From positions 1 to 64,000 of the IMG/VR virus record IMGVR_UViG_3300033179_000001: a stretch of DNA of 64,000 nt. One strand, given 5' to 3'. This stretch comes from a virus. The notes under the pieces were generated by a model, which worked only from the letters and a program-made list of their open reading frames with translations, was not told where the DNA came from and did not search any database. The translations under genes were made by a program, and so were the position numbers. This document shows positions 28,164 to 38,290 of the stretch, in pieces. Within the stretch, counting starts at the first letter, position 1. Each line of letters starts with the position of its first letter.

Positions 28164-29971
28164 GGCCTCACTTCGATGAATTTTCCGGGGCGATTTGGGT
28201 CATTTAAATACCACTTACCGTCCTTCGCCTTGCGAGCGCCCGGAATCGGTGGCGTAGCGGTCTGACCGCCTTTGATCTGGTTTACCAAGGCTTCCATGGT
28301 TGGCGATGTCCCGAACCTATAGGGCAAAACCTGATTCGAAAGCATGCCTTGTGTGAGCGGGTTCATGAGGGCTGCGCGTGCGGCTGGACGCATAATGAAT
28401 GGTCCCATCGCTTCGCCGAGCAGCAATCCGCCAACACCACCCTCACTACCGCCAAGCAAATGAGAACCAGCCAAGTAACCGCCGCCGCCACTCAAAGCGT
28501 GGGTCAAGCCACCTCCGACGCTGGACATGGCCCTTTCAATGTTGAGACGCGAAGCCGTGCCGCTATCGGGATACTGCTTCAGGACATTTCGGCCGGCATC
28601 AGCCAATTCCGAAAAATCATCCATCCCGCGCGTATACTGGTTTTTGCCGTAAACCCGCTTAGCCGCTTGCGCCAACGTGGCCGGTGTCATGTTCGCTGAT
28701 CCGGCCCAATCTTGAAGCACCAAAGCGTTCCGATAGTCGCGCCGCGTCTGAGCCCATGCGCCAGCATCGTTCGGATTAGTGCGCTGTATCGTCCGCTCCA
28801 TCGCGTCATCCAGTGCGTTGGTGACACCGTGCAGACCTTCGGCCCGCTGCGGATCGGTCGCGCCCTGTGCGGCTCTCCTCAGATTAGACCGCAGCATCAG
28901 ATAATCCGCGCCGCTTAAGTTTCCCGCACCGGTACCGATCGCATCTATCACACGCCTGATGCTGCCATTCACGCTATTGACGGTTTCTTGCGGATAGAGC
29001 CCAGGCGTCCCGTTATACGTGTCGTGGATGTCTCGAATATCGTTGACCAGCTGCTGATCTGCCGTGACATTATTTCGAGCCGCCAAGGCATCGAACTGGC
29101 CACCAACCCGGTTCATCATCGTATTGACGGCACCGGTTTGTCCGGTAATCGGCCGATCGCCAATATGTTCGCCAACACGATTGAATGCCGCTTGTGTGAA
29201 TGCCTGATCTTGAGCCTCGTTTCTCCCATGGGCTAATTCGGATTCGGCTGCTTTGACTGTCCTGCTGCCGATTCGGTCGCCAGCGGTGAGCGGCACGCCT
29301 TCGCGATCGAGCACACCAATCATCGCTTGCCGCTCTTGAGGGATAATGTTCGGCGTAACCAGTCGCGGCGCAGCAGTCGTTCCGTGCCCACCCGCGATAG
29401 CGCCGATCAATTGCAACGCGGCTTTCGTCTTCGGACTATCCGGCGCAAACTTATTCGCTACATCCCCCATCGCCTCAGACCCGACAGCACCACCCGCAGC
29501 CGTCGCGGCTTTCGCAAGCATGCCACCTGGACCGAGATAACTCTCAGGATTTCCGACGAACTCGCCAGCCGTCCCCGCATATCGGCCATAGTTGGTCTGT
29601 GGGCTCGCTTCAATCCCCGCAGCCTTGGTGATTTGCTGACCGTAACCCGGCTCGGCCTGTGGTCGTTCAGTGAGACCAAAATCAGCCATGAGATTTGCAA
29701 AATGGTGCGACGGACCAAACGGCCCCGCAAAAGCCTCGCCAACATCCCCAACCGCACTAGCGAGCCCGCGACCTAGACCCTTGGTACCTTCCTTGACAAC
29801 ATCCTCGGTGGTCGAACGCGGTTGAGCCGCCGCATAAGCCGATTTCAGTTCATCATCCGACATTTTACTATAATCGACCGGAGGCGGTGCCGCAGATGCA
29901 GCCGGCGCAGCCTGAGAGGCCGCATAAGCAGCCTTCAGTTCGTCGTCTGACATCTGACTGAAGTCGGCCAT
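28160..29971 (-). CDS. DNA ejection / internal virion protein
   Basis: DFSQMSDDEL repeated twice, Gly/Ala-rich helical body, PDSGTASR; position among ejection genes. Confidence 0.7.
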   Translation of the reverse strand: MADFSQMSDDELKAAYAASQAAPAASAAPPPVDYSKMSDDELKSAYAAAQPRSTTEDVVKEGTKGLGRGLASAVGDVGEAFAGPFGPSHHFANLMADFGLTERPQAEPGYGQQITKAAGIEASPQTNYGRYAGTAGEFVGNPESYLGPGGMLAKAATAAGGAVGSEAMGDVANKFAPDSPKTKAALQLIGAIAGGHGTTAAPRLVTPNIIPQERQAMIGVLDREGVPLTAGDRIGSRTVKAAESELAHGRNEAQDQAFTQAAFNRVGEHIGDRPITGQTGAVNTMMNRVGGQFDALAARNNVTADQQLVNDIRDIHDTYNGTPGLYPQETVNSVNGSIRRVIDAIGTGAGNLSGADYLMLRSNLRRAAQGATDPQRAEGLHGVTNALDDAMERTIQRTNPNDAGAWAQTRRDYRNALVLQDWAGSANMTPATLAQAAKRVYGKNQYTRGMDDFSELADAGRNVLKQYPDSGTASRLNIERAMSSVGGGLTHALSGGGGYLAGSHLLGGSEGGVGGLLLGEAMGPFIMRPAARAALMNPLTQGMLSNQVLPYRFGTSPTMEALVNQIKGGQTATPPIPGARKAKDGKWYLNDPNRPGKFIEVRP

Positions 29972-32970
29972 TATTGCGAAACCGGTGCGGTTGCGGGTTG
30001 ATCCTTCAGCAGGCCACGTCTGCGCATTTCAGCCTCCAGACCGGAAACATCGGATGGTGCCGAAGGTGCAGCAGCAGCTTTCGGAACTATATCAGGGATG
30101 CGTGCTTTCGAAATCTCGCCGCGCAAGGTCTTATCAAAACCGGCATCAAGTTTGCCGTGCTTCCCGACATACTCGTCAGCCATATCGCCCCATTTCATCA
30201 TGAGGTTGCCGGCCTGATCGATCAGGTTGAGTTTGGCCCCGATGCCGGCCGCAGTATCCTCCGGCGTGATGTTGGCCTTTTCTTCAAGGTCCAACATCGA
30301 TTTGAATATACGGCCTCCAGTTTCTCCGGTTTCTGACGCCATCGATTTGATACCTGAAATCTGATCGGCCAAAATTCGGGTTGCCACCTGATTGAAGATT
30401 TCGCGCGGCGCGGCACCTTCTGGATTGATACCGAACTGAGCGGCGAGACGCTGCAAGCCAAGCGCAGCCTCACTGCCAGCACCCGGCGTGAAATTCGGCG
30501 TAGCCGCAACCTGCCGCAGCATATCGATATTCTGCTTTTGCTGCGCCGCGATCATCGCCGAACCGGCCAAACCTTTGTGGAGCGAATCATAATATTTCGC
30601 AGTCGCCTCACCGCCGGTTTCCGCTGCTTTCTTGGCACCAGCCTGAGCGGCTTCAGCCGCCTGAATGCCTCCGATCGTCGAGAGGTCAGGCTGTGCGGCT
30701 GCCGGATGTGGCATATCTCCACCGCCAGACGATGGGGGTGCTCCAGTCGATTGCACGCCACCGCCCGGCGAAAGCGTCGTGGTTTGCCACTGCCTCGTGG
30801 CTGGATCGAAATGGCTCACGGTCGGGATTTCGGCCGAACCAATCTTGACTGTCCCGAACTTTGGTTCCGGAATGAAGACTTTCTGGCCAGCCGCGTTGAA
30901 CATCAGCGTTCCGCCCTCAACTGGCATTGATTGCGGCTGTCCTCGCTGCTGGATCATTTGCAACATGGCAGCCTTGGCCGAATCCGGTACCCACGGGTTA
31001 GCCAGCATCTGTGTCAATTGCTGCGGATTGATCTGGCCAACCGGAGAAGTAAGCGGCTGCGGCAATCCAGGAGGCCCGCCAGCGGCCATAGGAGCGCTAC
31101 TGGTGGGCGGGCCGTTCTGAGCCACTTGGATAGGGGCGATTGGAGCCGGCGCACCACCGCCAGCGGCAGGAGCCGGCGCACCCCCATCGCCGCCAGCCGG
31201 AGGCATTGGACGCCCCGCAATGGCGTTAACCAACGTGGCAGGCGGAAGTCCGGCACCCTGCGGCAATTGTTTACCATTGACCGATACCGGCCCGAATGGC
31301 GGTGGCAATGGAGGTTCCACCAGTGGAGCGCCACCAACTGATGTCGGCCCAACAGCCCCGGGGATCGCCGAACCGGCCGGCAGCGGCATCGTTGGACGTG
31401 GCATCGGCAGCGGCACAGGTCCGCTGATGGGTGGCACTGGCGCAGCACTATCTAGAGCGGTCGCAGGAACGGCCGGAGTATTCGGTATCGCACCCGGGCG
31501 AACAAGCGCCATCATGGCCTGTTCGGCCGGTGTAACCGGAGTGGCATTCGGTCCAAATAAGTTTGGAGTTCGAACGGGGCCACCGCCGATAGAACTTTCA
31601 TCAGCAGGAGGGACGGGCGGACCCTTTGCCGCTTCCATTGCGGCAGCCTGTCTTGCAAAATCATCATTCGGCTGTGGCCGAACCAACGCCATCATCTGCT
31701 GTTCGATCGGGTTCAGGGGCTTCTCTGCCAGTGACGGAGACTGCGTTGGTCTCAGTTCTCCACCGCCAATATCCGTTGATGTCTGAGGAACCGACTGCTT
31801 AGCCGCCTCCATCGCGGCAACCTGCCGTTTAAAGTCATCAGGATTCCATGGAACTCCACCGGGAGTACCGGGCATAGGACGGCCAGCAATGGCGTTGACC
31901 ATTGGAGACATGGGCGATGGCATAACCGGTGCCGCACCTGTGTCAAACACGCTAGGCGGGGGCACGGCCGGCCCCGACGTGCCTTGCGTGATCAGGTTCG
32001 GCAATGCGCCTTGCGTGCCGGCATTTGGAATCATCCCCGGAGGTGGATTACCGGCATAGGCGAGCCGTGTCGGAGCCGCAGCGCTCGCCTGTGGAGTTAC
32101 AGGCGATGGGATCGGTGCCAGCAAACCTGTCGCAGCCGGCGCGGTTTTCGCAGGAGCCGCAGCCATACTCAATGGCACGCCATTCTCATGCCTAGCCATC
32201 GCAGCAATCAACTGAGGCCGCATTTCCGGAGGAATCGGATCGTTCGGCCCAATCCCCATCTGAGCCGCGACATGTTCCGCATAGGCTTTCGTATTGTTGT
32301 TATCTGACGCAGGAGCCCAACGGTTGACGATGCCTGAAATCGTATTCAGCCCGTGATTCCTTTGGTAGCTGTCAAGCAGCGTGCTTGCCGCCGCAACACC
32401 GTGTTCGGGAGCCTCGAACTTGGCAAATCGTCCGTCCGATCCGGCATAACCGGGCTGGGATCGTGCAAATTGGCCATCCTCGATATTCAGAGGGTTGTTG
32501 TTACGAATACCACGAGGTGCCGATGAATCTACGCTCGCGCTCGTAGTAGCCGGTGGATTTGTGTTGCCCCCGCCAGTCCCGCTGCTATCCGAAGTTGGGG
32601 CAACGGTAGGCGAACTACTCGGGGAACTACCAGCACTGGGAGATGAGCCGCCGCCTAGATAAGGCGAATAAATCCGCCCTATGGCTTCCGCGCCTTGTTG
32701 ACGCCCCGCCGTCTCGGCCTGTCGCGCGAAATCGGCCTCTCGATTGCCTTGTATCGCCCGCACGAGTTCAGCAAGTCCCTGCGTCCAATGGTGGATGCCA
32801 CCTTCCGGAGGTTGTTGCAGCGCCATCGCATGTTGGCGCATCTGCGCGACCTGTTCAGGCGTCAAAGTCGATGGATTCGCGAGCGGTGCTGTTGAGACAG
32901 ATGATGCACCCAGTGGAGTACCAAGCGGACCAAGCCCCCATGAGCCTACAGTGTTTGGATCAAGCGCCAT
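29971..32970 (-). CDS. large ejection protein with lysozyme-like domain and Pro-rich linker
   Basis: RGIRNNNPLNI...RFAKF...TISGIVNRWAP..DNNNT...AMARHENG. Confidence 0.75.
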   Translation of the reverse strand: MALDPNTVGSWGLGPLGTPLGASSVSTAPLANPSTLTPEQVAQMRQHAMALQQPPEGGIHHWTQGLAELVRAIQGNREADFARQAETAGRQQGAEAIGRIYSPYLGGGSSPSAGSSPSSSPTVAPTSDSSGTGGGNTNPPATTSASVDSSAPRGIRNNNPLNIEDGQFARSQPGYAGSDGRFAKFEAPEHGVAAASTLLDSYQRNHGLNTISGIVNRWAPASDNNNTKAYAEHVAAQMGIGPNDPIPPEMRPQLIAAMARHENGVPLSMAAAPAKTAPAATGLLAPIPSPVTPQASAAAPTRLAYAGNPPPGMIPNAGTQGALPNLITQGTSGPAVPPPSVFDTGAAPVMPSPMSPMVNAIAGRPMPGTPGGVPWNPDDFKRQVAAMEAAKQSVPQTSTDIGGGELRPTQSPSLAEKPLNPIEQQMMALVRPQPNDDFARQAAAMEAAKGPPVPPADESSIGGGPVRTPNLFGPNATPVTPAEQAMMALVRPGAIPNTPAVPATALDSAAPVPPISGPVPLPMPRPTMPLPAGSAIPGAVGPTSVGGAPLVEPPLPPPFGPVSVNGKQLPQGAGLPPATLVNAIAGRPMPPAGGDGGAPAPAAGGGAPAPIAPIQVAQNGPPTSSAPMAAGGPPGLPQPLTSPVGQINPQQLTQMLANPWVPDSAKAAMLQMIQQRGQPQSMPVEGGTLMFNAAGQKVFIPEPKFGTVKIGSAEIPTVSHFDPATRQWQTTTLSPGGGVQSTGAPPSSGGGDMPHPAAAQPDLSTIGGIQAAEAAQAGAKKAAETGGEATAKYYDSLHKGLAGSAMIAAQQKQNIDMLRQVAATPNFTPGAGSEAALGLQRLAAQFGINPEGAAPREIFNQVATRILADQISGIKSMASETGETGGRIFKSMLDLEEKANITPEDTAAGIGAKLNLIDQAGNLMMKWGDMADEYVGKHGKLDAGFDKTLRGEISKARIPDIVPKAAAAPSAPSDVSGLEAEMRRRGLLKDQPATAPVSQ

Positions 32971-32982
32971 GGTCCCACCACC

Positions 32983-33825
32983 TTATGCAAACGCCATCTT
33001 GCCAAGCGATCCAAGCATCGAATTACCGAAACCACCAGTCCCGCCACTGATCGCCGCGCCACCAAGACCGAATAGACCGCTCATCATGGCGTTCTGTTGT
33101 GCTAGATCAGCATTATATTTGGCCATATTGGCTGAATTGGCAGAAGATGTAGCACCAACTAGATCGGCCGGGTTCATCGACGCTCCTGGTGTGGTCGTCA
33201 AACCAACTCCGGCCGGTTGAGAAAGGCCCATCTCCTGTGCGGCTATTTGTCCGGGCAGCAAATAACTCGATGTCGCCTGTTGGTAAGCCTGTGGTTCGGC
33301 AGTCGCCAAAAATCCGGTCACAGCCTGATTTTGATTGAGTTGCAAATCCCGCATCTGCTGCTGATAGGCCGGAGAATCCGGATAAATACCCTGCGCCCGC
33401 AATTTGGCGTCAAGTTGATTTGTCTGCGTAGAAAATTGTGGGTTGAGATAATCGGTCTCCTGCTTCAACAAAGCCTGAGTGTTGCCAGAGGTAGCATCTC
33501 CAATCACCTTTGACGGATTGGTCGCGCCATAGTTAGCCCCGGTCAGAAGTGCATTGGCCTGCTTACCCGCAACCCCTTGAGTGCCCTGCATTTGGGTAAG
33601 CAATGCTTGCTCGGCCGGCGAAAGTGATTGTGTCGCCGTGTAGGTCGGAACACCATTCGGACCAACCCCGGTCTGGGTATATGTCAGGGACCCAGTAGGC
33701 GTTACCTGATTGACGTTAGATGCCGCCTGCCCTGTTTCCAATGCCTGTAGATTTAACTGCTGCTGCTTGTCCGCAGTCACATTCGGATCAGGAACGGCCG
33801 GGGTGCTCGGGGATGACAGGCTCAT
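32983..33825 (-). CDS. ejection/pilot protein
   Basis: NVNQVTPTGSLTY...; Gln/Ala-rich; C-terminal GLFGLGG. Confidence 0.7.
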   Translation of the reverse strand: MSLSSPSTPAVPDPNVTADKQQQLNLQALETGQAASNVNQVTPTGSLTYTQTGVGPNGVPTYTATQSLSPAEQALLTQMQGTQGVAGKQANALLTGANYGATNPSKVIGDATSGNTQALLKQETDYLNPQFSTQTNQLDAKLRAQGIYPDSPAYQQQMRDLQLNQNQAVTGFLATAEPQAYQQATSSYLLPGQIAAQEMGLSQPAGVGLTTTPGASMNPADLVGATSSANSANMAKYNADLAQQNAMMSGLFGLGGAAISGGTGGFGNSMLGSLGKMAFA

Positions 33826-34304
33826 TTCGCAGTTTCCTTGTCCTTCGCAAACCCAATCCGTTTAAGGTCTTCTTTGAAGAGAACGAAAACCGCCGCATCG
33901 CCGTAAGGTCCATAATAGCGATGTTGCACACCCTCGAATTTGAATCCAAACCTCTGAAACATTTTCAGTATATTGGAATTGTTGCGGTTTGTCCGCATAG
34001 TCAGACGATCAAGATGATTGAACCTCGTTAGCGCATACTGCGCCAAACCTCTAGCAATTCCAGCCGAAAATGTCTGTGGTCCATAATAGCTGAGTTCGAC
34101 GTTGAATCCGCTATAGTTTTGAAAAATCGCCGCTCCTATCATCTTGTGCAGCCTGATGATCCCTATCGCAGCATCAATAGGCATAGGTGTGAGACAAAAT
34201 TCATTCCACGCCCAAGCCGCCACCGATGCATCATGACCGAACAATAGTCCATGCGGCAGGCAGAGCCCGCGCTGTCGTTCATCTCTGGTAGGATTCGGGA
34301 TCAA
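33822..34304 (-). CDS. virion-module GNAT-fold protein
   Basis: FQRFGFKFEGVQHRYY; typical position after the podovirus tail-tube gene. Confidence 0.7.
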   Translation of the reverse strand: MIPNPTRDERQRGLCLPHGLLFGHDASVAAWAWNEFCLTPMPIDAAIGIIRLHKMIGAAIFQNYSGFNVELSYYGPQTFSAGIARGLAQYALTRFNHLDRLTMRTNRNNSNILKMFQRFGFKFEGVQHRYYGPYGDAAVFVLFKEDLKRIGFAKDKETAK

Positions 34305-35947
34305 ATATATGCTCCAAGCTCAATTACCGCGTTAAAGGCATTAATTTGAAGAATAGACGGCTGTTGCCCTACGTATCCATCGAATATCATGTTGTCGAAG
34401 GTGCCGGTATCGAATACGGAGTTCGCTCCACCGCCGCTCGGCAAGACGTTCACCTTCATCCGCACCGCGAGTGCATGGCCTTCAGCCTGTACGGATTGCC
34501 AAGTTGATTGTGGCAGCGGTCCTTGCGCGTAGAACGCCGCATCATATACCGAGGTGTCATAAATACCGCCAGTCGCCACGAAAGACGAAACTGGGGCCGT
34601 TGGCGATATCGAGCCGAAATCAACATCTACACCGATCGTCGGAACGATCGTGCCGCCAGTAACCATCAACGGCTGAATCATGCTCATTCGCTTGGTGCGA
34701 CCCGGAGCACCAAAGAAGTTGAATGCGCATTGCATGTCCGCAACGATCGGGGAGACGAGATCGGCCGGACCTTGGTAGGCGTTAGCTACAATTCCATTAT
34801 TTCCACCGAAATATAACTGATCGTTGAAAATCTCGAAACAATTCGCATTCCATCCCTGAAACTGAGTCCATGCTCCGTTCAAGAAGTTCTGCACATATTG
34901 AACCTGTGACGTATTGGTCTGTTGAGGCACGTTCAGGAACAACAATCCCTGTGCCGGATAACTGATCAACTCCCATCCAAAATTATTCTGGTAAGAAGCA
35001 GCGGCCTGCAACATGGCGTTCTGAATGCGACCCGTGATAGCAGCTTGTCTCACCGCACCGGTATCAAGTTGGATGGTCTGTGACAGCGGCAGAACACCTT
35101 GCAGTGTAATGATGCCAAGATCGGAACCGATCTTTGTGATGCATCGATTGCCCAGTGGTGGGGCAAGGTCAAAGGTACCGACTAGAGCCCAATTGCTTGC
35201 ACTGGTAGGATCGGGACCACTGTAGACAATGACTTGGCCACGAGTCGTTACAAACACAGCAAGACTTTGTGGCCCAGTACCACCGTTATAATTCCATGAT
35301 CCCATAGATTGGATAAAACCACCCTCATCCATGAGCGCACCGAGATCAAGTGTACCAGCGACAGCCCCCGTGATCGCATTCGGAGCCAAATAATAGGCTT
35401 TGGTGGAATTATTTGGTATGAACCAGAGTCGGTTCTGATGCGCATTGATGTTGACAAACGTCGTCTGCGGCGGCCCGCCCGTGATCGTCGGTGTGGTCCA
35501 AGTCGTCCCATCCCAGAGTTGAGGATTATCCGACCCATTGACCATATAGAGATACTGAGACCCACCCGGCACAATAAAATTGAGGTATTGCCACCTATTG
35601 CTAGAAAATCCGCTGCGAACTAGCACAGGAGCGGATTGGTTGCTGACGTTGTAGATATTACCGCCGCATGCAGCGAACAGAAATTGAGTGCCACTTACCG
35701 GCTTGTATGTCGCCAACGTCTCTACCGGGCCATTTGTGCCAAGTCCCTGAACCCACGCATTGTATCCAGCACGCATCTCTATCCATGACGTGCGAGGAAC
35801 CCAGTTGATCAGGATCGGAGCATATTTCGGGTCCATGTTCGCAAGAGGGTCAATCGCGTTCCAGCCACCAGTTGGTGCCGGAATCGGTACCGGTTGCGTC
35901 TCAGGTTGAGAAAATGGAGTTTTGGGTCGAGCTTGGATTTTACGCAT
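34301..35947 (-). CDS. tail tubular protein B / DNA stabilisation (nozzle) protein
   Basis: PAPTGGWNA.D.LA.M..., beta-propeller-like repeats, HQNRLWF. Confidence 0.75.
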   Translation of the reverse strand: MRKIQARPKTPFSQPETQPVPIPAPTGGWNAIDPLANMDPKYAPILINWVPRTSWIEMRAGYNAWVQGLGTNGPVETLATYKPVSGTQFLFAACGGNIYNVSNQSAPVLVRSGFSSNRWQYLNFIVPGGSQYLYMVNGSDNPQLWDGTTWTTPTITGGPPQTTFVNINAHQNRLWFIPNNSTKAYYLAPNAITGAVAGTLDLGALMDEGGFIQSMGSWNYNGGTGPQSLAVFVTTRGQVIVYSGPDPTSASNWALVGTFDLAPPLGNRCITKIGSDLGIITLQGVLPLSQTIQLDTGAVRQAAITGRIQNAMLQAAASYQNNFGWELISYPAQGLLFLNVPQQTNTSQVQYVQNFLNGAWTQFQGWNANCFEIFNDQLYFGGNNGIVANAYQGPADLVSPIVADMQCAFNFFGAPGRTKRMSMIQPLMVTGGTIVPTIGVDVDFGSISPTAPVSSFVATGGIYDTSVYDAAFYAQGPLPQSTWQSVQAEGHALAVRMKVNVLPSGGGANSVFDTGTFDNMIFDGYVGQQPSILQINAFNAVIELGAYI

Positions 35948-36960
35948 CAGTTAGACTGGAAGCCTCCAGGTTGCGGAAAATACCCGTCTTGGACTGCCGT
36001 CTCTGGCGAAATCAGGAATGGATGTACTCGCTTCACCAACGACAGCGTCTCGGTACCACCATCGCGAGCGATGAGACGGTCAACGAAATCGACGTAATCG
36101 TTACGGTCGTCCTCCCAACCTCCATATCCCTTGATCTTCTTGAACCGCCATTTCAGGCCGTCAATCAACGCGCGATCATCCAAGAACGAAGTGTCGAGAT
36201 CACTTGTGAACGCCGAGTTCGTACCGGTACTGATGGTCGATCCCGTCATATTCACCCAGTTCGTCGACAGATATTCGAACACCAACTGAATCGGGTTCAC
36301 CAGTTCGGCCGGTGCCGGCCAAATCCGATAGGTGCTGTTGAGCGAATTACCGAGTTGTCGCCAATGCCGGCGAGGTCCAGTCTGGACGATGCCGGAGCGA
36401 TGCCACTGGTCAAGTTGCGGCGAATCCGGACCAAGTAACGCCCACCGGTTCGTTCGATCCCACCACGTCCGCGCGATATATGCCTTGAGATCGGCCGGAA
36501 GCGAGTAGGTATCCTGAGCAAACGTCAACGGAGTTGCCGCAGCGGTGCCGGTCGATTCCATCGTCAACGTGACGGTGGTTGTCGGGTTGTTGCCGCTCAG
36601 ATCGCCAAGGTTTTTAATACGCGAGGCACTCGGGAGGAAAGAACCGAATATCGCCCAATTCCCCGCCGTCAATCCGGCCGTTGATGGGATGTTGGAGACA
36701 ACAGGAGAGTTGGTGCTCACGTCCCCGGTCGTGATGATCGGCGCATTCACGATCAGATTGAACTCGGTCTGCATCGCGGTCCAGCCGTCCTCCGGCGTGT
36801 CCCGCAGTTCTTCGCCTTCCTTATTGAGTAGGGCAAGAACCTGAATTGCAGTTGGGTCAGTGTTTCCGATCAAAGTTAAGACCTGGGGGAAACCAAGTTC
36901 CCCCAGCATCGCGTTAGCAATTTGCAGACATGTCTTCGGCGTGAACGCGGTGACAGGCAT
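35947..36960 (-). CDS. head-tail adaptor / tail tubular protein A
   Basis: CLQIAN...ELG...LALLNKEGEEL; WDRTNRWALLGPDSPQ..QW; GLKWRFKKIKG. Confidence 0.7.
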   Translation of the reverse strand: MPVTAFTPKTCLQIANAMLGELGFPQVLTLIGNTDPTAIQVLALLNKEGEELRDTPEDGWTAMQTEFNLIVNAPIITTGDVSTNSPVVSNIPSTAGLTAGNWAIFGSFLPSASRIKNLGDLSGNNPTTTVTLTMESTGTAAATPLTFAQDTYSLPADLKAYIARTWWDRTNRWALLGPDSPQLDQWHRSGIVQTGPRRHWRQLGNSLNSTYRIWPAPAELVNPIQLVFEYLSTNWVNMTGSTISTGTNSAFTSDLDTSFLDDRALIDGLKWRFKKIKGYGGWEDDRNDYVDFVDRLIARDGGTETLSLVKRVHPFLISPETAVQDGYFPQPGGFQSN

Positions 36961-36981
36961 TCGTCATGCTCCAAGCCTCGA

Positions 36982-37362
36982 TTACACAGAAGCGAGAATC
37001 GCGTCGAATGTTGAGGCCGTCACTGCGTAGAAATAACCACCGTTACCGACCGATATGCTAACCCCAGTCGCAGTCAATCCACCTCGAATGAGCAATTGAC
37101 CGCCTACTGGAGGCCAAACAACGCAAGTTGCTGTCGTATTCATCACGAAATATTCGCTTCCAACCTCAGCAACTGACGGCAGAATGAGACCAACACCGCT
37201 CGTCGCAGTGCCTATCGATCGAACATAGAACTGAAACTGCCCAATCGCCTGAGCCGTCGCCTGACTAGTACCAGCAGCGCTTACGCTCGTTGGATCAAGG
37301 CCAAGCCGTTTCGCAGCTTGTCCCGGAAGTCCAAACGTCATCAATCCGCGTGAATTTGCCAT
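36982..37362 (-). CDS. Ser/Thr/Ala-rich small virion protein
   Basis: AAGTSQATA...GVGLILP...VWPPVGG. Confidence 0.65.
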   Translation of the reverse strand: MANSRGLMTFGLPGQAAKRLGLDPTSVSAAGTSQATAQAIGQFQFYVRSIGTATSGVGLILPSVAEVGSEYFVMNTTATCVVWPPVGGQLLIRGGLTATGVSISVGNGGYFYAVTASTFDAILASV

Positions 37363-37429
37363 TGTATTCCCCTCTTATGCCCGCCTGAGCGGGGAGAGTT
37401 CGGGGCCGCACGGAATGTGCGGTTTGCCC

Positions 37430-38290
37430 TTATGCCGCGTCTGTGGCCTTCCGTGGGCCTCTCGGCTTGCCTTTCGGCCATCCCCGAGCCTTCGGCGGCT
37501 CACCCGCTGGTGCGCTCTGAGGCCCCATCGGATGGGTGGCGTTGATCTGCGCCGTCTGGGCATCTACAACCGGCGAATTGCCGAACGACGGAGCCCGTGG
37601 CATCGCGCCACCCGCAAACGTCTCGGCCGGTGCCGGCGCGGCTTGCCTCGGTGCACCCATCGGCATCCCAACGCCCGCATTCGCCAGCAACTGCGAATTG
37701 ATCTGTTGCATCTGGTGCGCCATGTCGTCGTTTTGCTTGGCCAGCCGCGCGTTGTCCCGCTTCATCTGCTCAAGCTCGAACTGCATCTGATGGAATGCCG
37801 CACCGTTGGACGCGCCGTGGATGTATTTCTGCGCATAATTGACATAGTCCTGACCGTGCATGCCAATCGCCGCAATCGCGGTCGAACTCGCGGCAGCCAG
37901 ATGCTCAACCGTCATGATGCCAACCGCCTGCAACATCGCAATCGCCGCCGGATGCCGGGGAAACAGCAGCCCAAGCGGCGTGCCCTCCGCGACTTGATCC
38001 TTGCCGGCTGCATAAGCCTGCCACTGTGCCGGCCACCGCTTCATGTCCAGATCAGACGCCGGACGGTCGACCTTCTGCAGGTTGCCCTCTCCGGGCTGCT
38101 GGATCATGACATAATCCTGATCCTCATAGATTGGACGGCCTGCCGATGCCGATTTGATCGGATTATGAACCGCCCGCTTGTAGAAAATGCACAGCATCGA
38201 CGCATCGCCGGGGGTAGTTTGCACCGAGCCATCCGGCCTCATTCGATACTGCCCGCTGTCGGGAACGCCGTCGCCAATGTAGCCGCTCAT
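37430..38290 (-). CDS. head-module protein
   Basis: SASAGRPIYEDQDYV..., GTPL...GIMTVEHLA; C-terminal KARGWPKG. Confidence 0.7.
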   Translation of the reverse strand: MSGYIGDGVPDSGQYRMRPDGSVQTTPGDASMLCIFYKRAVHNPIKSASAGRPIYEDQDYVMIQQPGEGNLQKVDRPASDLDMKRWPAQWQAYAAGKDQVAEGTPLGLLFPRHPAAIAMLQAVGIMTVEHLAAASSTAIAAIGMHGQDYVNYAQKYIHGASNGAAFHQMQFELEQMKRDNARLAKQNDDMAHQMQQINSQLLANAGVGMPMGAPRQAAPAPAETFAGGAMPRAPSFGNSPVVDAQTAQINATHPMGPQSAPAGEPPKARGWPKGKPRGPRKATDAA

